From an uncultured beta proteobacterium (lineage in GTDB: Bacteria; Pseudomonadota; Gammaproteobacteria; Burkholderiales; Burkholderiaceae_F), in NCBI GenBank assembly GCA_963724605.1, contig CAVRVM010000006.1, forward strand, positions 15,454 through 79,453: a stretch of DNA of 64,000 nucleotides, read 5' to 3'. Positions 33,365-42,437 of the stretch are shown here, piece after piece. The position numbers and the translations under genes are program-made. Position 1 is the stretch's first letter. Every line of letters begins with the position of its first letter. A model generated the notes under the pieces. That model was not told the origin of the DNA and searched no databases. It was given only the letters and a program-made list of their open reading frames with translations.

Positions 33365-35323
33365 TTACTCGGTCTTTCCCGCCGGGGTCTGACCCTCGGG
33401 GGGTGTCACCGCAGTGTCGCCCGGCGGCGCCGACGCGCGATAGGCCACAGCAGCATCGGCCGGCGCCTTGCCGGCGAGCGGTGGAGAGGAGGGCGCGCGC
33501 ACGTCCAACGACATCTGTTCCGCCGTGCTGGCGTGCCCCTGGCTGCCGGCCTCGTCGCGCGGAGTCGCGCCGGAATTGTTGCGGGCATTCGCGTCGGCGC
33601 CGCGCGCCATCAGCATGGACACGACCTCCTTGTTGCCCCGGCGCGCCGCCAGATGCAGCGCTGTATTGCCGCCGTCGTCAACAATCAGCGGATTCGCGCC
33701 CTCCCGAAGCAGCCGATTGGTCAGCACGACGTTGCCGCGCATTGCGGCAACGTGGAGGGCTGTCGTTCCGAACATATCGCGTGAGTTCGGATTGACCCCG
33801 GCCTGGAGCAGCACGATGGCGACATCCATCCTGCCGCTCGCGACGGCCAGCATCAACGGCGTCACGCCATACTGTGCGGCACGATCAGGATTCGCGCCGC
33901 GATCGAGGAGTTCGCGGACGACCGTCACGCTACCGGCCCGCGTGGCGGCATGCAGTGGTGTCTCACCGTCCACATCGGCGCGGTCAATCTCGCTGCGTGT
34001 CGCGGCCAGCACCTGCACCCGTTCCGCGTCGCCATCACGCGCGGCCCACCACAGCGGCGTGCGGCCGAGCGCATCGGGGCCGGGCGCCGCTGCGCTGCCG
34101 GCGACGTCCCGCGTGCCTGTCGCGCCCGGCGACGGCCCGGCAGCAGCCACCTTCACTTTGTCGTCGCTCGCCGGCTTCGCGCTCGCCGTACCCTTCGGGA
34201 AGCAAGTGTCGGCGATGGTCACCGGATGCGTCGGATTGCTCTCGTGGCCGTAATTGCTGCCGTAGTAGGTGGCGAGTTCCTGTTCGATCGCCACGAACTG
34301 CTCACGTCCGCGGGGCTGTCCGTGTGGATCGCGATACCACTCCATGGCCAATGGGCATCGTTCCCGGACCAGCGTACGGATACGGCCACCGGTATAGCCC
34401 ACATACTTGTTGGGGTTGAGCACCTCGTTCCAGTGGGGCGTGATGAAGGCAACGAAGAAGTCGGAGTCGGGCTCAATGCGTACGCGCCAGTACGGACCGT
34501 CCCGCATCAGCATTGACGGCAGTTCGCGCGATCCGATCCGCACCGACTCGGTCAGGTTGCGATAGAACATCAGGCCGGCATAGTCGGCTGCCAGGTCGCC
34601 GTTGGAATGGATGCCTGTGGTCCACATGCCGAGCACTCCGTCCTCGGACGTCAGCGGATTGCGCGACGTCGACGCGATGGCCGACTTGATGGCTTCGTTC
34701 TCCGGCAGGCCGCGCTTGATCCGGACCTCGTACTTGCTGTGGTAGATCCGGCCGATGTTGATGAAGTGAATGATCTTGTCGGTGCCGACGACAACCCCGC
34801 CGGCGCTCACGCTGCCCGCGCGGAAGAACGTCCGCACGACCTTGGTCAGGTCGATCACGAGGAGAGGATCGTCATAGATCGACACCGTTGGCCGATACAT
34901 CGTGACTAAACCCGGGTACTGGGACTGCACGGAATCCGACGCCAGGGTGGCATCGAGCAACTCATTGGCAGGGATCGCCGCGAAGATGTACTGCCACACC
35001 TTGCCGGCGATGAAGTCCGCCGATTGAAGCTCGTCGATCTGCGAACGGGACTCTCCGCCTTCAATGGCCTGCGCGATCGCGGCGTTGGTGTCGGCCACTG
35101 CGCCGACGATGGAGTCGTACACGATCTTCGTGAAATATGGGCCGAGATCGGCGAAGTCGCGTCCCGCCGGCAAGGTGTACTGCTCGGATTCGTGCGCGAT
35201 CGCGGGCGACGCCGCGATCAGCAGCAGGCAGATGCCGAGCGTTGCGACCGTCCAGCGGCTGCACTGGCGCAGCGCCGGGCGCATCACTGAAGCGAATCCA
35301 TTGTCGGGCGGCGAGAGCTGCAT
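33365..35323 (-). CDS. secreted protein: unrecognised ~380 aa N-terminal domain plus 5-6 ankyrin repeats
   Basis: This is an intact 652 aa ORF. The signal peptide is 'TLGICLLLIAASPAIAHE' (possible start at 35284). The ankyrin repeats are 'GRTPLWWAARDGD', 'GETPLHAATRAGS', 'GVTPLMLAVASGR', 'GTTALHVAAMRGN' and 'GNTALHLAARRGN'. Confidence 0.8.
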   Translation of the reverse strand: MQLSPPDNGFASVMRPALRQCSRWTVATLGICLLLIAASPAIAHESEQYTLPAGRDFADLGPYFTKIVYDSIVGAVADTNAAIAQAIEGGESRSQIDELQSADFIAGKVWQYIFAAIPANELLDATLASDSVQSQYPGLVTMYRPTVSIYDDPLLVIDLTKVVRTFFRAGSVSAGGVVVGTDKIIHFINIGRIYHSKYEVRIKRGLPENEAIKSAIASTSRNPLTSEDGVLGMWTTGIHSNGDLAADYAGLMFYRNLTESVRIGSRELPSMLMRDGPYWRVRIEPDSDFFVAFITPHWNEVLNPNKYVGYTGGRIRTLVRERCPLAMEWYRDPHGQPRGREQFVAIEQELATYYGSNYGHESNPTHPVTIADTCFPKGTASAKPASDDKVKVAAAGPSPGATGTRDVAGSAAAPGPDALGRTPLWWAARDGDAERVQVLAATRSEIDRADVDGETPLHAATRAGSVTVVRELLDRGANPDRAAQYGVTPLMLAVASGRMDVAIVLLQAGVNPNSRDMFGTTALHVAAMRGNVVLTNRLLREGANPLIVDDGGNTALHLAARRGNKEVVSMLMARGADANARNNSGATPRDEAGSQGHASTAEQMSLDVRAPSSPPLAGKAPADAAVAYRASAPPGDTAVTPPEGQTPAGKTE

Positions 35324-35441
35324 GGTGACGATGTAAGCCGATTCGCTCTTGCGGGTTCACGCACATCGCGCGACTGACCCGAGCAAGTCAAGTGCCCGCG
35401 CGAATCGTGATTCTACCGATCGGCGCGATGTTCAGTGCATT

Positions 35442-36693
35442 TCAGGCCTTTGTCGCCCGCTTCGCCCAGGCTTTCCAGCGGCGGTGCACCCACCACCATT
35501 GTTCGGGCCGGCGCACGATCATGCGTTCCAGCGCGCGGTTGTAGGCGCGGGAATTGAGGCGGATGGCTTCGTTGGTATCGGCATGCTCGACGGGCATGAT
35601 AGGAGCTTCGAAGCGCAGCACATGCTGGCCGTCGGGCTCCCGCCAGCTGGAAGCCGGTACCACCGGCGCTCCGGTGGCCAGTGCGATCACGGCCAGGCTG
35701 CGGAAGGTGCCGGCGGGATGGCCGAAGAACTCGACCAGCACGCCGTCCTTGCGGTTGGCATGCTGGTCGAAGGGGAAGACGACGAGGTCGCCGGCGCCCA
35801 GCCGGTCGAGGATGGCGTCGAGGCCGCCACGTTTCGGGCAGCACTCCGAAGCCCGCCTTGCGGAAGCGGCGCGTCACCAGGCGATCGAGCCATTCGGGCC
35901 GGATCGGGCGTCGCACGAAGTGGAAGCGGCCCTGCGCTTGCGGGAAACTGCGCCAGTCCGGCGGCGGTTGCCACTTCAAAGTTGCCGAAGTGGCCGGTCA
36001 GGATCAGCACGCCCTTGCCTTGCGCATGCGCCGCGAGCAGCGCGTCGAGGTTCTCCACCCGCACCATCGCCGATGCGCCGCGCCTGGCACAGCCACGGAA
36101 ACCATAAGAACTCCCACAACAGGCGGCCGAGGTGACCGTAATGTGCCTGCGCCAGTCGTTCGATCTCGGCGGCGTCGACCGCCTCGCCATAGACGCGCCG
36201 CAGGTTGTCGAGCACCACCTCGCGGCGGAACGGCAGCAGACGATAGAGCAACCGCGCGGCGCGCGACGGCGCGGCGCGGTCGGCCTGCGCCAATGCGACG
36301 GCGATGGCCGTCGACCGGTCGTGCGTCAGCGACAGGTTGATCGTGCGCAGGCGGTTGCGGCCCAGCGCGATCTGCGCGGCTTCGCTGAGTTCGACCGTCG
36401 GTGCGCCGTAGCCGTCGCGCGCGACCGAAAAGTCGATGGGCCCGACGGCGCCGAGAGCCGCTTCGCGCGGGAAGAGCTTCGTACAGGCTTCCTTGGCGGC
36501 GAAGCGGGCGGCCAGGCTGGCGGCGCGGCCGGGACCGTCGCCTGCGTCGTGCAACTCCTGTGCGAGAAGAGTTTGCGCAGCTCTCCCGACGGCGTTTCGG
36601 CGAGCAGCCGTTCGATGCGCGCGATCTCACCGTGTCGACCCCGCAGCGCGTCGTGCCATCGCGGCTGCCGGCGGCTCCGGCAGGGTGGTTCAC
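35442..36693 (-). pseudogene. AcpS-type 4'-phosphopantetheinyl transferase joined in frame to an LpxL/HtrB-family (lipid A-type) acyltransferase (frameshifted elsewhere)
   Basis: The PPTase part is 'GVDTVEIARIERLL', readable around 36640, then 'LAARFAAKEACTKLF...INLSLTHDRSTAIAVALAQ'. ORF 35976..36554 then runs straight into 'LLYRLLPFRREVVLDNLRRVYG'. The acyltransferase motifs are 'VLILTGHFGNFE' and the C-terminal 'RRPEQWWWVHRRWK' (ORF 35442..35741). Confidence 0.75.
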
Positions 36694-37970
36694 GTGCGCG
36701 GCAGCGCGCAGCAGGCAGGCGGCATTGGTGCCGCCGAAGCCCCGCGAGAGCAGCAACGCCACGTCACTGCGCGGGGCGCGGTGTCCGCGCGAAGCATTCA
36801 GCGGGCCGCACGCGGGTCGATGTCGGCCAGTGGCGCGATGCCCGGCACCGATGCTGGCGCGCAGCGCGGCGATCGCCAGCGACGGCTTCGATCAGCCCGG
36901 CTGCGGCCAGCAGGTGACCAAAGGCCCATTTGAAGCCGGTGACCGGCGGCATGTCGGCGCCGAACACGCGCGCCAGCGCGCGCGCTTCCGACACGTCGGA
37001 GTTCGGCGTGCCGTTGCCATGCGCGACGATCATGCCCACGTCGGCGCGGCGCGATGCGCGGCCAGCAGCGCGGCTTCGATCGCGCGCACCAGACCGTCGC
37101 CGTCGTCGCGCACCGGCAGCAGGCCAAGACCGTCGCTGCCGCTGCCCGCGCCCAGCACTTCGCCGAGCACCGCGGCGCCGCGCTCGCGCGCGGCCGATTC
37201 GGTTTCCAGCACCAGGGCCGCCGCGCCTTCGCCCATCGCGCTGCCGTCATGGCGCGCGTCGAAAGGGCGCAGCGCTTCGCGCGACGAGCAGCCCCATGCT
37301 GTTGGTAGTAGAGCAGCGTCTGCGGCTCGATCGGCGCTTCGTGCGCGGCCACGACGGCGCGCGATGCATTCTCCGGCGCGCAGCGCATCGGCCGCCTCGG
37401 CCAGCGCCAGCAATCCGCTGATGCTGTGGTTGGTGATGCAGGCGTTCGGGCCCTTGAGCCCGTGGCGGATGCCGATATGGCCGAGCACGTTGTTGGGCAG
37501 CGACCGCAGCAGCCACATCGGGTTGACCGTGGCCGACAGTTCCTGGCCGAAGATCTTGAGGTCGCCTTGCCGGCTGCGATAAGCGGGAGGTAGTCGTACT
37601 GGTTGCCGAAGGTGCCGCCGCCCGATCCAACGAAGACGCCGGTCTGTCGGCAAAGCGTGTGGCTGCTTCCTCGTCGAGCGTGTCGCGCCATTGCGTCAAG
37701 CCGCTGCCTCGATGGCGCGGTCGGCCGCATACAGGCCGAACACGTCGGTGCGGCGGATGAACTTCAGCAGCTTGCGGTCGCCGGTCAGCGCGCCGGCGTT
37801 GTAGTCGGCAACCTCGGCGGCGATCTTGACTGGCCAGGCCGCGGCGTCCCACTGCGTGATCGGGCCGATGGCCGAACGGCCGTGCGACGATGGCGTGCAG
37901 GATGTCGTCGGGCGAGCGACCGGCGCCGCAGATCGCGCCGCCGCCGGTGATGACGATGCGCGTGCGCCAT
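36690..37970 (-). pseudogene. beta-ketoacyl synthase-like protein with Ser at the catalytic Cys position (frameshifted)
   Basis: 'RIVITGGGAICGAG' is readable after the ATG at 37970. 'GLKGPNACITNHSISGLLALAEA' (ORF 37030..37653) aligns by hand to GPxxxxxTACxSG, with Ser (codon 37423-37425) at the Cys position. The His motifs 'VAHGNGTPNSD' and 'FKWAFGHLLAAAG' are retained (ORF 36764..37039). Confidence 0.75.
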
Positions 37971-37975
37971 GATCG

Positions 37976-39301
37976 TCAGGATCCGCGACCGACGAGCGCG
38001 TCGGCGTCGGCGGGGTGACGGAATGCCAGACAACTGTTGGAGCCGCCGAAGCCGAGCGAATTCGACAGCGCCACGCGCATGCGGCGCTCGCGCGGTGCGT
38101 CGCGCACGACGTCGATGTCGCAGTCGGGATCGAGTTCGCGCAGATTGGCGTTGACCGGCAGCGTGCCGTGGTGGATCGCCAGGGCGCACACCGCGGCTTC
38201 GACCGCGCCGGCGGCTGCGATCAGATGGCCCATCACGCTCTTCGTCGAACTGACTGCCACCTTGCGCCAGTCTTCGCCGAACACCGCCTTGACCGCAGCG
38301 CATTCGCTGCGGTCGTTCATCGGCGTCGACGTGCCATGCGCGTTCAGGTAGTCGACGTCGGCCAGCGCGGCGCCGGCATCGGCGATGGCCTGGCGCATGG
38401 CCTGGATCGGCCCGTCGCCGGAGGGGTGCGAATCGGTGATGCGATAGCTCGACAGCGAGTTGCCGTCGCCAGCCAGTTCCGCGTAGATGCGCGCGCCGCG
38501 GCGCCGTGCCGCCTCCCACTCCTCGAGCACCAGGAAGCCCGCGCCCTCGCCGAGCACGAAGCCGTTGCGGGTGGCGTCGAACGGGCGGCTCGCGCGCTCC
38601 GGCGTGTCGTTGTCCGGCGACACCGCGTTGAGCAGGCAGAAGCCGGCCAGGCCGACCGGGTTGATCATCGAATCGAAGCCGCCTGCGAGCACGCGATCGG
38701 CCACGCCGCGGCGGATCAGCTTCAGCGCCGTGCCGACCGCCTGGCCGCCGGAGGCGCAGGCGGTGTGCACCGAACTCGCGTAGCCGCGGATGCCGAACAC
38801 CCGCATCAGCAGCGCGACGCCCGCGCTCGACTGGCTGCGGCAGAAGACCAGCGGGTCGGCCGCCGAGCCCTGCGCTCGACAGCAGACGATCCGGGAGCTC
38901 GCCCGCCGGTGCCGCGTCGTGCTGCACCTGGGCGAGCTCATCGTAGGTCACGCCCATCATGCCGGTGCCGACCACGCAGCCCCAGCGCGTCGGCCGTGTC
39001 CGGTGTCGGGCGGATGCCGGCGTCGGCAAACGCCTGGCGCGGCCGCCACCAGCGCGAAGCGGTGCGACGCGGTTGGCGAACTTCAGCAGCTTGCGATCGC
39101 CGGCCGGCCTGTTCGACCGCAGCGGCTGCAGGCCCTTGACCTCGGCCGCGATGCGCACCGGAAAGCCGCTGGCATCGAAGCTCGCGATGCGGGCGGCTCC
39201 GCTGCGCGCCGGCCAGCAGGGCCGCCCAGGTTGCTGGCGACATCGTTGCCGACCGGCGTGACGAGTCCCAGCCCGGTGATCGCGACGCGAGGCCGTGTCA
39301 T
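37976..39301 (-). pseudogene. beta-ketoacyl-ACP synthase II-like (FabF family) with a complete Cys-His-His triad (frameshifted in the N-terminal third)
   Basis: 'MTRPRVAITGLGLVTPVGNDV' starts at 39301. ORF 37976..38941 carries 'VHTACASGGQAVG', 'YLNAHGTSTPMND', 'STKSVMGHLIAAAGAVEA' and 'SNSLGFGGSNSCLAF'. Confidence 0.85.
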
Positions 39302-40165
39302 GGCTGCACAGCACTCCAGCCGGCCGACTCGATGCGCGCAGTGGCGACCGCCTTGCCTTCGTTGCGCGCCCGAGCTTCATCCGCGCGCGTTGCGCGTCGG
39401 CATCGAGCAGCTCGACTTCGAGCTCCAGCGTGCGGTCCCGGGTGCGGTGAAGGAACGGATCTTCACGTGGCTGACTGTTCGGCGCCAGCGAGCGGCGGCT
39501 GCAGCCGCAGGCATCGGCCTCGCGGCGCCAGCTGCACCGGCGAGTGCCAGCAAGCGCATCCATCAGCAGCGTGCCGGGAAATACCGGCCGGCGCGGAAAG
39601 TGATCGTCGAAGTAGGGCGCGCCCGACTGGAGCGGAACCTGCAGCATCGCGCCGAAAGCGCTTGCCCGGCGCGTGTTCCTGGATCGTGCGAGCTGCGGCG
39701 CGGGACGCCGGTGAAACGCCCGGGCGCGGCACCGGCCGTGCAGCAGCGTGTCGAAGTCGGCTCGTACCGCCTCCGGCGCATCGAATTCTTCCATCGGCAG
39801 CATCGGCCCGACGCAGTCGACCAGTTCGAGCGCACAGCGGCCGTCGATCGAAGGCCGGCCGCTGTAGGCCACCGCCTCGGGATCGCAACGCTCGATGTCG
39901 GCTTCGAGCGTGAGCGCTGCACCCGGGTGCGGCGGCGTGGTGATAGCGCGCTTTCGGCGGCCAGCCCGGCGACCGGTCGCCAGGCAAAGTCCAACTGGGC
40001 CATCGCCGACCAGGCGGCGAGCTGGCCCACGGCCTCGGCCATCAGCGAGGCGGGAAAGCGGGTCGACGGCGGCGGCACGGTGTAGATGACCCTCGACGCG
40101 GCCGCCGGGCGGCGCGTGATGCGGTCGACGAATGAGAAGGCGCGAAAGCGCTCGCTCATGGTCAC
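39298..40165 (-). pseudogene. FabZ/FabA-family (hotdog) 3-hydroxyacyl-ACP dehydratase, ~289 aa, probably double hotdog (frameshifted)
   Basis: The N-terminus 'FRAFSFVDRI' is in ORF 39563..40165. The C-terminal hotdog with the His motif 'APYFDDHFPRRPVFPGTLLMDA' is in the 37785..39872 frame. Its stop TGA overlaps the KS start (ccATGAca at 39298-39301). Confidence 0.7.
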
Positions 40166-40182
40166 CCGCCCGGCGGCGTGGG

Positions 40183-40629
40183 TCAGAGGCTCTGGCCGTT
40201 CAGGCCGTGGGCTGCGCCGCGCGCTGCGCGCGGATCAACGACCTTGCAGAAGGTCTCGGGCGTGAACAGGCGCGGAACATCCGCGGCCTTCAACGGCGTC
40301 TTGATGCGCTCGGCCGGAACTTCGCTGAGAAATTCGCGCAGCCGAGCGAGGCCGGCCTCGGTAACAATGCCTTTGCTCTCGAACTCGGCTTCCGGCAAGC
40401 GGTCCGCGCGCATCCTCGACGATCTTGCCGCGCGGGATCTTCACGCCGAAGCCGCGCTCGAGGCGGAACACCAGGTCGAGGAAGTCGATCGACTCGGCGT
40501 CCAGCCCTTCGATCAGCGAAACCTTGGGCTTGACGTCATCGACGTCGCAACCGAGCGCGTCGGCGATGATCTGGGCCACCTTCGGAAATACGGCATCGAT
40601 ATCTGCTGGCTGATTGCCTGTTCTGCCAT
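40183..40629 (-). pseudogene. acyl carrier protein with a ~70 aa C-terminal extension (frameshifted)
   Basis: An RBS 'gggagag' precedes the ATG at 40629, which opens 'MAEQAISQQI'. The carrier core is 'VAQIIADALGCDVDDVKPKVSLIEGLDAESIDFLDLVFRLERGFGVKIP' (ORF 40235..40579). The extension is 'LPEAEFESKGIVTEAGLARLREFLSEVPAERIKTPLKAADVPRLFTPETFCKVV' (ORF 40183..40413). Confidence 0.7.
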
Positions 40630-40639
40630 TATCTCTCCC

Positions 40640-41411
40640 TCACTCCATCTTGAAGCCGCCGTCGACGTGCAGCACCTCGCCGGTGATGTAGTCGGCAAAG
40701 CGCGAAGCGAGGAACCAGACGGCATGGGCCACGTCCTCGGGCCTGCCCATAGCGGCGCAGCAGGATGCGTGCCTTGACTCGTCGCCGGCCAGATCGCGCA
40801 CCTGCTGCGACATTTCGGTTTCGATCACGCCGGGGGCCACGCAGTTTACCGTGATCTTGCGCGAGGCCAGCTCTACCGCCATGGCGCGGGTGAATGCGTT
40901 GATCGCGCCCTTGCTGGCGGCGTAGTTCGACTGGCCGCGGCCGCCCTTTTCGGCCGCCACCGAGCTGAGGTTGACGATGCGGCCGGAGCGCTTGGAGATC
41001 ATGTGCGGCACGACCGCGCGCGTCACGTTGAACACGCCGCCGATGTTCGTGTCGAGCACGGTGCGGATGTCCGTGTCCTCAGCAGCGCCAGCAGGTTGTC
41101 GCGCACGACGCCGGCGTTGTTGACCAGTACATCGATGCGATTGCGGCTGCTCGATAACAGCGTCGACCGCCGCCGCGACGGCGGCTGCATCGGCAATGTC
41201 GACCTGCATTGCCTCGGCTTTGCCACCGCGTCTTTGCAACCGCCTCGACCACCTCACGCGCGGCCTCGGCGTTACCGCGATAGAAGAAGACGACGTCGAC
41301 GCCGTCGCCGGCGAAGCGCTCGACGATCGCACGGCCGATGCCGCGGCTGCCGCCGGTGACCAGCGCCACCTTGCCTGCCAGTCCGGAATCAATACTGTGT
41401 GTGTCGGTCAT
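40640..41411 (-). pseudogene. fabG: 3-oxoacyl-ACP reductase (frameshifted)
   Basis: 'LAGKVALVTGGSRGIGRAIVERFAGDG' starts at 41411. 'VLVNNAGV' and 'IVNLSSVAAEKGGRGQSNYAASKGAINAFTRAMAVELASRKITVNCVAPGVIETEM...ITGEVLHVDGG' are in ORF 40640..41392. Confidence 0.85.
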
Positions 41412-42206
41412 GAGGTCAGCCCGAGATCGCGAAGCCGCCGTCGACGAACAGCGTGTGGCCGTTGATCATCGCGGCCTCCGGCAGGCACAGCAGGTAGACG
41501 GCGCCGGCGACGTCCTCGGGCGTCAGCACCGGCCCAGCCGGCGTACGCGCCTTGAAGTTGGCGACCAGTTCTTCGCGGTTCGGAAAGTAGGCAGAGCGCG
41601 TCGGTCTCGACGACGCCCGCGCTCACCGCATTGACGCGAATGCCGCGCGGGTCCGAGCTCCTGCGCCAGTGAGCGCACCAGCGATTCGAGTGCCGCCTTC
41701 GAGGCACCGATGAACGCGTAGTTGGGCATCGCGCGCAGCGATCCCAGGCTCGACATCGCGATGATGCGGCCGCCGTCCTTCATCAGCGGCGCGCGCGCTG
41801 CGCCAGCAGATTCAGCGCGAAGGCGTTGGTCTCCATGCACCAGCGCCAGTGTTTCAGCGTCATGTCGAGCGCCGGCTTCAGCACGCCGCTGGCGGCATTG
41901 CTGACGACGATGTCGAGGTGGATCGAAGTGCTTGCGTCAGCTCGGTGAACATCTCGTCGACGCTGTCCGGCAGGCCGACGCTGGCCTTGAGCGCGAGGGC
42001 ACGGCGGCCGAGCGCACGAAATTCCTCGCACAGCGCTTCAGCCTCTTCGTGGCTGTTGTAGTAGTTGACGACGACGTCGCAGCCCGCATGCGCCAGCTTG
42101 CGCACGATCGCGCGTCCGATGCCGCGCGCGGCGCCGGTGACGAGCGCCATCTTGCCGGCCAGTGGCAGCGCGGCGGTGCCGGGCGAATCCTTGGAGGCTG
42201 TGTGCA
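41408..42206 (-). pseudogene. SDR-family enoyl-ACP reductase, FabL-like (frameshifted)
   Basis: 'KMALVTGAARGIGRAIVRKLAHAGCDVVVNYYNSHEEAEAL', 'VVSNAASGVLKPALDMTLKHWRWCMETNAFAL', 'IIAMSSLGSLRAMPNYAFIGASKAALESLVRSLAQELGP' and 'IRVNAVSAGVVETDAL' are collinear with B. subtilis FabL as I remember it. The stop overlaps the fabG start (tcATGA at 41408-41413). Confidence 0.7.
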
Positions 42207-42437
42207 TCGGGAGCGGGGCGGAAGCCGGAGAGGGTGGGACAGGTCTGTGCAGGGTCAGTTCGGCGCGGCGCAATTGTATTGCGTTGACACCGCGGCGTCG
42301 GGACGCTCCAATCGGCGACCAATGCGATTGGAGGACGACGACTACGGGCTCAGTGGTCGCACGAGGCCTCGCATCGCAGCGCCAGCGGGCGCACGATGCG
42401 GCCCGAGGGTTTCCGATGCGGGCATGCCAAGGCAGTG

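Noticed and set aside
37785-39872. 695-aa ORF on the minus strand, the longest in the FAS-like locus
   Set aside because: It is extremely Arg/Pro/Ala-rich with no motifs for most of its length. It is an out-of-frame read-through across the KS and dehydratase genes, and only its N-terminal ~110 aa coincide with the real dehydratase frame. This is a typical high-GC open-frame artefact.
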